Shown here: positions 26,201 to 38,724 of the stretch, piece by piece
Numbering within the stretch: position 1 is the stretch's first letter
How the letters are laid out: the number at the start of each line of letters is the position of its first letter
Source: Antedon mediterranea
Lineage: Eukaryota; Animalia; Echinodermata
Direction of reading: 5' to 3'
Length of the DNA: 64,000 bases
Assembly: GCF_964355755.1 (NCBI RefSeq)
Contig: NC_092677.1
Location: 12,608,101-12,672,100, forward strand
Notes under the pieces: generated by a model
The model's database searches: none
Seen by the model: the letters and a program-made list of their open reading frames with translations, nothing else
What the model was told of the DNA's origin: nothing
Made by a program: the position numbers and the translations under genes

Positions 26201-27611
26201 ACTAGACATGAAACTCGTCACTTTGACGAGTTAGTTATCCGCACGACAAACGCCACGTGCACGTCATACATTGGATTATTGCACACAGAAAAAGATTATG
26301 GCATTATGACCTGAACTGAAGAATATGATATGTTGTTATTGCTAAATTCTATTAATTTGATTCAAATTTACTGTAAAGATGAAATTAATGACCAACGTAA
26401 TTTAAATTTTTAGGCATGATGACGTTAAAAAAATTAAAAAAATTTTAATTCATGCAAAAGATAGTTGATTGACCTAGAATATATTAAAATCGGGGTGAAA
26501 ATGGACAACGAATAAGTGGAGATGCGCTCTATTAAATGTGATGAGCTATGACGAAAGAGACAAAAATCCTATATTTTATATTCGCGTGGCCATACGATGA
26601 CGTCACAATGTCCGGTTAGCCATATTAATGCATGATCCGATATCTACAACTCATCAACTTCCAGAATATGTAAGTAAAAAAAAGTTCTCCATGTAGTTTA
26701 GAATCTATGACTGTTTAAAAATAGGCATAATTTTGACGAATTTTTGAATTTTTTCTTTAAAAACACGCACAAATTATATAATTCGACGTGCTCGTATGAC
26801 GTAATTTTAAGTCTAAATTGTTTTAAAATTTGATAAAATTACTATAAAAAGCTGGAAAGACATAATTCACGCAAAAAAAGATGTTTTTAGCGCTACGTGC
26901 GGACCACGCGCATAAAATTGTTCGCGCGCGTGGGAATTTTTGACATGCTCAAAATGTCAGGATCAGCGTAGAAAGTTGATTAGAAATTGATTTTGCGCAT
27001 TTTAAATTTTAAATGCGCGTGCGCGCGTAACTTCGTTTAAAAAATGCCATTTTTAGTGCACAAAAAGTTAGCGCAAGATATAAATTAAACTTTTGCTAAG
27101 TTTCAACTTACATAGTTATATGGTTTTCAATCTATGTTGAATACAGGAAATTCATAAAATCACGCGTAAGTCACGTTACGCATTTCTGACGTCATTCACA
27201 ATAGTAGGTGCACAACTTCACGTGAATGCCCATATGTTGACAAAGTTATGAAATGTTATGTTTACACATTTTTGATATAAGCGAGACACAAAAATAGAGG
27301 AGAAATGCGTGTGCGCGCGTAACGTCCTGTAAAACATGGCATTTTTAATCCACAAAAAGTTTGCCCTTGATATGACTTAAATTTTCAGAAAGTGTCAAAA
27401 TAAAATTATGCTTGGCTTTTAGCCTATGATCAATCATAAAAAATCATAAAATCGCACGTAAGTCACGTTGCGCAACTCTGACGTCATTCAAAATAGGAGG
27501 TGCACAACTTCACGTAAATGCCCATATGTTGACAAAGTTATGAAATGTTATGTTTACAAGTTTTTGAGATACGCGAGACACAAAAATGGAGGAGAAAGAA
27601 AGAAGAATAAT
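26201..27611 (-). mobile_element. Helentron-associated non-autonomous element (HINE/DINE-like), copy A (outermost, internally deleted)
   Basis: Terminus ACTAG + hairpin AACTCGTCActtTGACGAGTT + subTIR TAGTTATCCGC; two ~290-bp core repeats; interrupted by copy B in its A-rich subterminal tract. Confidence 0.85.
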
Positions 27612-29127
27612 ACTAGACATGAAACTCGTCACTTTGACGAGTTAGTTATCCGCACGAGAAACGCCACGAGCACGTCATGCGTTGGAATATTGCACACGGA
27701 AAAAGATTATGGTATTATGACCTGGACTAAAAGAATATGATTATGTTATTGCTGAATTCTGTTATTTTGTGTCATATAGTATACACAGTATAATCTGTAT
27801 ACATATCACAATCACATACAGTGTAGAATAGGGGAAAATACGGGACCCGCTATTTATTCCAATTTTTAACATGCTGACGGTTTCAAAATGAAACGCGAAG
27901 GTAGCAATTTCGGAAGGAAATTATCTCAGCAACAACATATTAGCGTGTACAAGAAATTTGAATACGTGAAATATTGATGCGCGCTCTTTTAAATGTAATT
28001 AATTATAACGCAAAAGATGAAAATACGACTTTTTTTATATAACTGGCCATATGATGACGTCACAACATCCGATTAGCAAAATGTTCACATGATTTCGTAT
28101 CTACAATTCAATAGCTTCCAGAAAACGTTTTAATCATGATTATCACATTTCATTCTTACGAGCTATAACAGATTTAATTTTACTGTAAATATGAAATTTA
28201 TGCCACACGTAATTTAAATTTTTAGGCATGATGACGTCATAAAAATAAAAATATTTTTAACTCATGTGAAAGATAGTTGATTGACCTAGACAATATCAAA
28301 ATCGGGGTTAAAATGAAAAACGGATAAGTGTAGATGCGCTCTATTAAATGTGATGAGCTATGAAGAAAGATACAAAAATCCTAAATTTTATATTCGCGTG
28401 GCCTTACGATGACATCAAAATGTCCTGTTAGCCATATTAATGCATGATCCGATATCTACAACTCATCAACTTCCAGAATATGTAATAAAAATAACTTTCA
28501 TTGTTTAGTATAGAAACTACGACTGTTTAAAAAAAGGCTTAATTTTGACGAATTTTTGATTTTTTTCATCAAAAACCCGTGCAAATTGTTCAATTCTACG
28601 TGCTCATATAACGTCATTTTAAGTCAAAATTGTTTAAAAGTTTGTAAAATTACTAGAAAAGGCTGGAAAAACATAAATCACTCAAAAAAGCGATGTTTTT
28701 AACGCTACCTGCCCACCGCGCGCGTAAAAAATTGCGGGCGCGTGGGAATTTTTGACAGGCTCAAAATGACATGAAACGCGTAGAAATTCGATTAGAAATT
28801 GTTTTTTCGCATTTTCAAATTTTAAATGCGCGTGCGCGCGTAAATTTGTGTAAAACTCGCAATTTTTTTTCCACAGAAAGTTAGCGCACAATATAAATTA
28901 AACTTCTGCAAAGTTTCAATTCAAAATGTTATTTGGTTTTTGACCTATGTTAAATACGCGAAATTTATAAAATCGCGCGTAAGTCACGTTGCGCAACTCT
29001 GACGTCATTCAAAAATAGGAGGTGCACAACTTCACATAAATGCCCACATGTTGTCAAAGTTATGAAATGTTACGTTTACACATGTTAGAGAAACGCTCTA
29101 CACAAAAATGGAAGGAAAGAAATAAGA
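27612..29127 (-). mobile_element. Helentron-associated element, copy B
   Basis: Same terminus at 27612; one core repeat; interrupted by copy C at the equivalent A-rich site. Confidence 0.85.
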
Positions 29128-30985
29128 ACTAGACATGAAACTCGTCACTTTGACGAGTTAGTTATCCGCACGACAAACGCCACGTGCACGTCATACGTTG
29201 GAATATTGCACACCGAAAAAGATTATGTCATTATGACCTGAACTGAAGAATATGATGTGTTGTTAGTACTGAATGCTGTATATTTTCTGTCATATAGTAT
29301 ACACAGTATAATCTGTATACATGTCACAAACAGTGTAAAATAGGTGAAATTTTGGGACCCGTATTTTATTTTAATTTTCAAAAGGAAACGCGAAGGTACT
29401 GTAGTAATTTCGGAAGAAAATTATGTCAGCAACAACATATTAACGTTTAGAAGAAATTTGAATACGTGAAATATTAATGCGCGCTTTTTTAAATGTAATG
29501 AACTATGACGCAAAAGATGAAAATATGACTTTGTTTATTTAACTGGCCATATGATGACGTCACAACATCTGATTGGCGAAAAGTTTACATGATTTCGTAT
29601 CTACAATCCCATAGCTTCCTGAAAACGTTTTAATCGTGATTATCACATTTTATTCTTACGAGCTATAACAGATTAAAATTTACTGTAAAGATGAAATTAA
29701 TGACGCTGTTAATTAAAATTTTTAGGCATGGTGACGTCATAAAAATTAAAATATTTTTAACTCATGCGTAAGATAGTTGATTGACCTAGACAATATTAAA
29801 ATCTCAGAGAAAAAGGAATACAGATAGGCGTGATGCGCTCCATTTAATATGATGAGCAATAACGAAAGAGACAAAAATCCTATATTTTACATTCGTGTGG
29901 CCATACGATGACGTCACAATGTCCGGTTAGCCATATTGATTCATGATCCGATTTCTACAACTCATCAACTTCCAAAATATGTAATTAAAAAAAAGTTCAC
30001 CTCGTTGTTTAGAATCTATGACTGTTTAAAAAAAGGCATACTTTTGACAAATTTTTGAACTTTTTCATCAAAAACGCACGTAAAGTATCCAATTCAACGT
30101 GCCCGTATGACGTAATTGTAAGTCGAAATTGTTTTAAAATTGGTAAAATTACTATAAAAGGCTGGAAAAACATAATTCAATAAAAAAAAAATACTTTTAG
30201 CGCTACGTGCGCACCACGAGCATAAAATTGTTCGCGCGCGTGAGAAATTTTGACATGATCAAAATGTCATGATCAGCGTAGAAAGTTGATTAAAAATTAA
30301 TTTTGCGCATTTTGAATTTTAAATGCGCGTGCGCGCGTAACTTTGTGTAAAACACGCAATTTTTTTTCCACAGAAAGTTAGCGCATGATATAAATTAAAC
30401 TTTTGCTAAGTTTCAATTTAAATTGTTATATGGTTTTAAATCTATGTTAAATACGCGAAATTCATAAAATCGTGCGTAAGTCACGTTGCGCATTTCTGAC
30501 GTCATTCACAATAGGAGGTGCACAACTTCACGTGAATGCCCATATGTTGACAAAGTTATGAAATGTTATGTTTACACGTTTTTGAGATACGCGAGATACA
30601 AAAATAGAGGAGAAATGCGCGTGCGCGCGTAACGTCTTGTAAAACATGGCATTTTTAATCCACAAAAAGTTTGCCCTTGATATGACTTAAATTTTCACAA
30701 AGTGTCAAAACAAATTTATGCTTGGTTTTTAGTCTATGATCAATCATAAAAAATCATAAAATCGCACGTAAGTCACGTTGCGCAACTCTGACGTCATTCA
30801 AAAATAGGAGGTGCACAACTTCACGTAAATGCCCATATGTTGACAAAGTTATGAAATGTTATGTTTACAAGTTTTTGAGATACGTGAGGCACAAAAATGG
30901 AGGAGAAAGAAATAAGAAAAAAAAAAAAAAAAAAAAGTAACAGGACGATTACAAGAAGTTATCCGCTACTAAGCGGATAACTAAT
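29128..30985 (-). mobile_element. Helentron-associated element, copy C (complete, innermost)
   Basis: ACTAG/hairpin/subTIR end at 29128; opposite end AGTTATCCGCtactaaGCGGATAACTAAT at 30985; two core repeats. Confidence 0.88.
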
Positions 30986-31060
30986 AATACAGAAAAAAAA
31001 AAAAAAAATGATGATCCCATACAATCACAAGGAGTTATCCGCCAAGTGCGGATAACTAAT
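30986..31060 (-). mobile_element. Displaced terminus of an outer Helentron-associated copy (probably B)
   Basis: A-rich tract plus second terminus AGTTATCCGCcaagtGCGGATAACTAAT ending at 31060. Confidence 0.8.
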
Positions 31061-31132
31061 TATAAAAATATAGTAATACAATTATCTATATAAAAATATT
31101 TATTGCATACTATATACAAATATTAAGCATAC

Positions 31133-31439
31133 TATTATACAAATAATGAATGTTTATGAGTGCAATGGTACAAATAATGGCACGAGGTGAATGATGAAAG
31201 GTTATATCAACGAGGCAAAGCCGAGTTGATATAACCTTTCATCATTCACCAAGTGCCATTATTTGTACCATTACACGAATACAAAACATTCATTATTTGT
31301 TTTATATAACATCTAAATAAAAAAAAAAAATAAAAAAAAAAGTACTATTTAACGATCGTTAAATAGTGCGTACTATTGCACGCCATGTGACCCACATTCG
31401 TCCAATCAAATGACAGGAATTTATTTAGGTGTTATATAA
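31133..31439 (+). mobile_element. Hairpin-terminated element, family A, copy 1
   Basis: ~75-bp arms around GAGGCAAAGCCGA; second inverted pair TATATAACATCTA / TAGGTGTTATATA; internal palindrome ACTATTTAACGATCGTTAAATAGT; near-identical to the 38416 and 53422 copies. Confidence 0.88.
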
Positions 31440-31924
31440 ATACAAATATTTAAGCATACTTGTGTGCTATTGTGTATGTATAGAGAATGTTACTGTTCCA
31501 TTGTACAATATTATGGATGAATGAAAGTAGATACTTGAACATACCATAATAACCCCAAATTTTGAAAACCTCAAATAGTCTTTAGCTGTAAAGCATTTGC
31601 AAGTCCAAGTTGGAGTTTCGGTTGTTGCAACATTACACTTTTTAAAGATCTTTACCATCTACTTTCACCATATTGTTTGGCATTTGCCTTTAAAATATTC
31701 TCATATACATATATAATTTTCAGTAAAAGCGGAACTAACATTAGCATAATCATTTTGATATAGTTTGCAATTAATATTGCTTTGACTAATATAAATGGAA
31801 TGATTCTGGCTTATTTTTATGTTCCACATCAAAGCTTATAGTTCATTAAAAAGCTAATTATGAAATGACAAAATATCTCATTAGAAGCAACATAGGAATT
31901 AAACAACTGTCAATGTTTAATAGC

Positions 31925-32240
31925 TGTTTGTTGCTATGAACATTGTATATTGTTGGTATTGACCTGGGTTTTTATTGCTATGGAAATTTATACTGTTGCT
32001 AAGGAAAGTAGTTGAACTGCATTTATCGCTATGGAGATTTAAAGTTGCTAAGTAGATGACCTGGGTTTATAGCTTTGGACCCGAATTGATAGTTTTGGTG
32101 TTTTGACCTGGGTTATTGCTATGGAGATGAATAATTTTGACCTCAATTTTTAAATTGAGATTGTTGCCAAGTAGTTGACCTGGGTTTATTGCTAAGAAAT
32201 TGACCTGCTATGGAGACCTATGTGGTTGCTAAGTAATAAC
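31925..32240. repeat. Degenerate tandem array of TTGCTA(T/A)G and TGACCTGGG motifs
   Basis: About ten (G)TTGCYA motifs interleaved with repeated TGACCT(GGG). Confidence 0.7.
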
Positions 32241-33349
32241 AATTCAAATTGTGGGACAATTTCCATATACAGTCAATTTTTTGGATTAGAAAATGAACTC
32301 TAAAAAAAGCTCATACTGTACATGTTTTGACAACTATTATTTTTGTTTCATATTTTTTAAAGACATTACAACACATTATTTGTGAGTCATACAAATGAAT
32401 TATTGCATTACGTAAAGTAATATGTCTATCAAATGCTCATTAAACGAGAACTTGGAGCTTTCCCATAAAACCCTGAGGGAATAGATTACTGTGACTGGGA
32501 TATAATCTCTTCATTCTAGGCCCTGAACTGTTCCCAACTAACCTTGTTGTAATTTTAAATGTCATTTGTGAATTAAGATTTGAGAAATCCAATTAAATAA
32601 TTTGATAAAACCCCTGATAAGCAAACCAGGATAACCCATCACACAGCTGTATATGGTGTAGAACTGTATTTGGTCCCAACTACCTCACTTGATTTTAGTA
32701 GTTTATTTTTACTTCACTTATTAAAATATAGTAGTTAGTACAGTTAATAAAGAGGTATAATACTGTACATTGGATATAATTAATATTATTTTATGAAACT
32801 GAATTAAATGTTTTCAATTGTTGTATTTATATTCAGATGGACCTTTAAATCTTTCTGATAAGTAACATATTTTGTATTTTGTATTCATAGAAAAATAAGA
32901 AAAAAGATAGTAAATACCCAAAGAAAATAAATTAGAAATATCAAATTTACAAAATAAAAATCTCTACAAAGCATTAATTGTTGACTATAACACATCAACA
33001 AAGCTCTTTGTTGTACAATTTAATTAGATTAGTTTTCTTAATTTTATTCACTACTAGCTTTTAACTCAATTAATATAAATTGACCTAATTTCATTGAAAG
33101 TGACCCCATTCAATTTGTATAGCCTGGGAATAGGTTTCATTAAGTAAATGATTAATACTATAACTACTTTTGTTATGATCAAAATAATCTAACTAAATAA
33201 TTCCTTTAAAACTGCATACATACATTCTCAACATAAAACATGGTAAATTAAAAACGTTAAAAAGGATTTAAGAAGAGGGCATGTCAATTGAATCCACATG
33301 CATGGGGTTTAGTGCTTTTTCACTTGTTGGGTGTGAAAAAAGTTGATAT

Positions 33350-33450
33350 CCAATCAAATTTTAACATAACATGAAATCACAGTGGTCTAATGGCTAATGT
33401 CAGCATATCAAGCAGAAAGGTTCAAGTTCGAGACTTTTGACATATTTTCT
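33350..33450 (+). repeat. tRNA-like repeat with shared upstream flank
   Basis: CATAACATGAAA..CAGTGGTCTAATGG...CAAGCAGAAAGGTTCAAGTTCGAG; homologous to 34130-34235. Confidence 0.6.
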
Positions 33451-34129
33451 TATATGCTTTCCTGTTCACACATTTAATATTTATATGGTAAGTGGTTTAA
33501 AATTATTTCTGTTTAAAAGTTACATACAAATATAATAATAAACCATTATTTAATATCCAATAGGAACACTTCGTTATAAGGTCATAACAAAGTTTGGCTG
33601 GAAACTGGATACTCTATATAATATTTGTCTTCCTCTGTTGCTTCCTATTAGTTTTACTGATTACAAATGAAGAACAGGTTTTATTGTTTAAGATTGGCAA
33701 TGAAGAACATCTTTTTTACAATGCCAAGTTCATCAATAGTGTACTTCATATGTTACAAATACCCAAGAGGTTTCTTTTCTGTTCCTAATTCAAGAAGTTA
33801 AACTCTTTACCCCCTAAGATAGTGGATTGTTATGAATAAGTACCTGGCAAAAACGACCACCTAAGTTGTTGGAAATGTATTAATAGTACCCTGGATTTTC
33901 TGGAACTTTGCTAAGGAACACAAACTTTACTGCTGTTTTTTTACAACCATTCAGGAAGTTATTTTAAACAAACTATGAAACTCAATTTAATTACACTTTA
34001 TTTTACACAATATACTATAATATTATGGTGATATCCCAGTTGTGAAAGAAAGTATTTTCTTTAAAAAATATTTTGTAGTAAAAACCTAAAAAAAGTACCA
34101 TAACATTTTGGTTCACTCAAAATATTTTC

Positions 34130-34235
34130 AATCAATATCAAATTGGAACCATAACATGAAAGCCCAGTGGTCTAATGATAGGATATCTGCATACCAAGCA
34201 GAAGATTCTGGGGTCGAATCTTAGTTTGGGACGGT
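34130..34235 (+). repeat. tRNA-like repeat with shared upstream flank
   Basis: CATAACATGAAAGCCCAGTGGTCTAATG...CAAGCAGAAGATTCTGGGGTCGAATC. Confidence 0.6.
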
Positions 34236-37200
34236 TTTTTCTCAGTCTTACATATTTTCTTCCTAATCATTGTTTTTTAACTGATTTGAATCACTTTTCA
34301 GTATATCACTAGGAGTCTATGTCTATGTGCTTGAAAAATTTATATTAAAAATATTTGAATTTGTTGGTTATTTTAACTGTACTTTATGTTTCAATACACT
34401 AATTTGTTAGCATTACAAAATATACAATTTGTGGAAAAACTACCCTGGAAATAAAAAGAAACATGATGATGAATGTACACAAAGATCTAAAAATAGAACA
34501 AGTTGAAATCACATGCGTGATCATCATTCTTCAATCCCATAATGCCTTTGGGATGTCTTTGAAGTGAAAGTAATGATTACTTTACAATGGCCTTACAAAT
34601 TAGTCTATGTCATTTACCCATAATGCCTTTAATCACAAGATAACACTGATAATGTTATAGTCAGGTTCATAGCAATAATAGCAGTAACTGTCATTCGAGG
34701 CCGTGGCAGGTAAAAACCATGTGCATCAAACATTTTTTTTGCGGTATTTCTTTATACTATACATCTGCTTATCTATGTTCACAGAGTGTCGGCAAAGATC
34801 TTAACAAGATTTTGATTGGATAAATCAATTGATCACTTTGTTTCAATCATTCATTTAATCGCAATCTAATCAAAATTTTTCTCAATACCGTAATTTGATA
34901 ATGCTGTCATTCAAATTGTGTAGTCCTGGGTTTGAATCTTGCTTCATGCAATGATCATAATTATGGGACTTAGTTTATAGGTAGCTAAAGTTGTATAATC
35001 AATTGTGGGAAATGAATTATGAATATAAATGTTATAAGATTTGATTTCTAAAGTTTATAAAAAAAAAGTGTATGAAATAATGTTGTGGGTTCTGCGATTG
35101 TTTTCATTTTGATGAGTTAGGCCAGGTGTGCACCATTCATGCATCATGTCCCATCATCCACCTGTTGTAAGCCGGGGACAATATAAGTCATTAATCAGCA
35201 GTGCAATAAACAGGGTACTTGGGGAAAGCCTAAAAATAGTCATTTCTAGTTTTATAATGCCAATATTTCTCCCTTTTTGGGTAGATTCATCGGTTAAATT
35301 TAAGCAGAATTTGAATATATTAATATGAATAATAAACTCAATGAAAATTATAAAATATGCAATCAATACTATGGGCATTCAACCTGATTGAGCCATTCTA
35401 ATAAACAATAAAAATACTATATATTTATGAATCTTATTGAGATTAATAAATAAGAATATAACAAATTTCTTATTAAATTTCTTAAACGGAAATCATAATA
35501 GGACTACAATTTAAGAATTGATTATATAAATATTCCAATATTATTTGTATTGTAGCTGGATGAAATTTTTCTTCTTATCATTCTTTAATATTGTTAGGCC
35601 TACAAGGTACTAAAATATCTAACTACAGACCTGGATGGTTCCCTATAATTATTACCTCAAATAAAGCAATAAAGAATTAACTTACAACCTTGAGTATGAT
35701 TATGCCAACAGCTTGGACTGATTATTAAAAAAATAAAATCATAGACAAAATAAATTTAGATTAACAAAAAAAAACTGTTGAATAGAATACAGTAGTTTTA
35801 TTGACTTTAGTTAAGATTTCAGTTTTTATGTATAAAAAATCAATAACCTTGAAACGATAAGGATGAGACAACAAAAATTAACCAAGACAAACTTAGGTTC
35901 AGTTTGATATAGGGAGCATAAAATTAAAACGACCTACGACCTGGAACTAGTTACATCATGTTAATTGATGCATGCAGGTACATTGGGATGTGCTTCCTCA
36001 ATCAATTTTTAATTAACAGGTTTGTTGGTCTTTAGGTCCAGTGGGCGACAAACCACACAATATGAATACGTTCTAGGTAATAAATTTACGAAAAAAATTC
36101 CTATATTCAGAAACCCCTGAGTCTAAATGGATATAAACTCTTTTCAGCCTTCAACATTGTATTTTGAAACAACAAATCTACAACTAATTTTTGGCATATT
36201 AATGTTCATATATCCACCTGTCTAAAGTTATGTTTAAAAGTATTTAGAAGTCTTGGAGTTTTAAATGTTCTTTTGTCGTTTTTTTTTTGGTGAGTATGTC
36301 CCGAGTTTGTCGTATCAGGTAATACCTTTTGATCAATCAACTGGATTGATTGGACTTCAGTTGCTCCAGCAGTCACTCATCTGCGCTTTAACTTCATCGG
36401 CAATCATTTCTAATCATCAAGCGAGCTATCTGGCAGTGAATCACCAATAAGGCTACGCAGATGACAGCTGTTACTATGGCAACAATCAACACATGTGTTG
36501 ACATACATTATAAGACTTAAACTTCAATGTCATTTAAAGAAAGTTATGATGATAACTAAAATACTTTTTTTTTTGCATTTTTAATCTTATTATTTTACTC
36601 AAAAGCATGATGTAGTATGAGAAAACATGCTGTGATTGAGTTGATACAAAAGGTTACTGATGGAATATAGCCAAACGAACATGTTTAAAAAACATTTAAC
36701 AGCAAGCTTTCATTTGGGACGGTAGACAGAGTTTATAAAAAAAGACTACTCTACGAATTTGTATAAGCCCACCGTTCAGTTCATTGTCAGGTCTGTAGGC
36801 CTGTGACTAGCATACCCCCAACACATAATCTTGCTATTATTATAATGGAATTTGCAGCTTTTTTGTTACCCTGCATTGCTTGCCTATCTATCCCAAGGGT
36901 CTATGTTCATATCCTAACTCTGGGTCATGGGTTTTGTCCTTGCTAGAAACAAGACAATACCAAAGTTTGATTATGACACATTACATCTGTATGTACTACC
37001 ATTGTGGTTAACATGCTTGCTTACTAATCTCAGGATCTTGGGTACAAATCTTCACTCTAGCATACACTCATGTGAATAACAAACAGTGCCACTACCAAAC
37101 TTCATTTCAAGCCTAAGCACACAAGTATCTCATCTTATAATTAGCAATTAACTTACTTACAGTTGGAAATGTACTGAAGTTAAAAAAAGTTGTGTCACTG

Positions 37201-37685
37201 ATATAATATGAACATTTTGGTAGGTAAATAAACCCCATGGGGAGTTATACATCCAAAATCTAGGCAGATATTTCACCATATTTATTTAAAGAGTTTTCCT
37301 TGACCTGAGTATGAATAATAAAAGAAAAAAAAACACTGATTGCAATGCAACATAATTGTCTAAAGGATAAGATTAAATATTGTTGAGTGATGCTTGACAA
37401 ATCTTAGCAAAAATATAGTTTGCAATTGTGTGTTTTAGATTATGGCATGTGATGATAAATGTGAGAAATAATAGAGAAATTGTCATTTATTTCATTTCTT
37501 GAATGTAACTATGATGAGATAATATGTCTGTCAGTCACCTTTGATTAAATGAAAAAAAAACTTAGTTGGACAAGGTTCAAAGCAATTGTCTTTCAGCTAA
37601 AGTTAAATAATAGTGACTTTGCAAGACCGTTTTACTAAAGTGGCCCTTTCAACATGAGCACTAGAGACTAGCAATGGAAGAGGAA

Positions 37686-37750
37686 GTGCGGCACAGTGTA
37701 CTAAACATTGGACTACTGATTGTGGGTTCGAATCCAGGTTCAGGTTTTTT
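37686..37750 (+). mobile_element. Degenerate tRNA-derived SINE head
   Basis: GCGGCACAGTG (A-box-like) and GGTTCGAATCC (B-box); no full cloverleaf. Confidence 0.5.
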
Positions 37751-38415
37751 GGATAGGTTGTCCCAGGGCCTAACAACTGTAAAATGAAGTGTTGAACTTG
37801 ACCGAATATCCTATTCTTTGCATTGTAATTCTCTAAATCGAGAGAGGGGAGGTCAGAGGGAGGGGGGGGGGGGATATTGGCTGGGTATATAAATCCACCT
37901 ATGTTATTTTAGATCTCGGGGTTATTTTTTATGCTCATACAGTATAACATTTTTTTTTCGTTTAAAATATTATGTAAGTCAACATTTCTTTACTCCCTAT
38001 AAATTATTTAAGTAGGCCTCCGGTCTGTATCACTGTTCGTGATAATACTAAACAAATACAAAGCCTTCTTTTCCCGACTGTATCTGTAAAGATACAAAAC
38101 AGTTGAAGTACCTTTGCGACCTAGGCTTGACGAGGCAGGAAATAAAACTAAGCAAATGATTACGTGATTTTCAGTAACTTATATTTGAAGTTAAACAAGA
38201 AGACTACGATCGTTTAAGTTAGTATTTTTCTCAACATGTAGCTATTTTTAGTGCGTCTGTGTGTTTGGCAATTCATTGTGGAAAACTTATAAAATAATAA
38301 AATTGAGTTAAGTTCTTAAGTTGTGAGTCTGCAAATGATAGGCTCTCATGTCAAGTGATTGGCTATTGAAAATATATTGAAGAAAATATTAAGTATATTT
38401 ATTTCCTCTATTAGA

Positions 38416-38724
38416 TATTATATAACACCTATATAAATTCCTGTCATTTGATTGGACGAATGTGGGTCACATGGCGTGCAATAGTACGCACTATTCAACG
38501 ATCGTTAAATAGTACTTTTATTCAAATAACTAGAATTTATTTAGATGTTATATAAAACAAATAATGAATGTTTTGTATTCGTGTAATGGTACAAATAATG
38601 GCACTTGGTGAATGATGAAAGGTTATATCAACTCGGCTTTGCCTCGTTGATATAACCTTTCATCATTCACCTCGTGCCATTATTTGTACCATTGCACTCA
38701 TAAACATTCATTATTTGTATAATA
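38416..38724 (-). mobile_element. Hairpin-terminated element, family A, copy 2
   Basis: Reverse-complement match to 31133-31439. Confidence 0.88.

Noticed and set aside
26201-31060. Simple satellite or segmental tandem duplication; ORFs at 27468 and 28682
   Set aside because: Junctions coincide with element termini and the opposite ends are stacked; the ORFs have no RepHel similarity.
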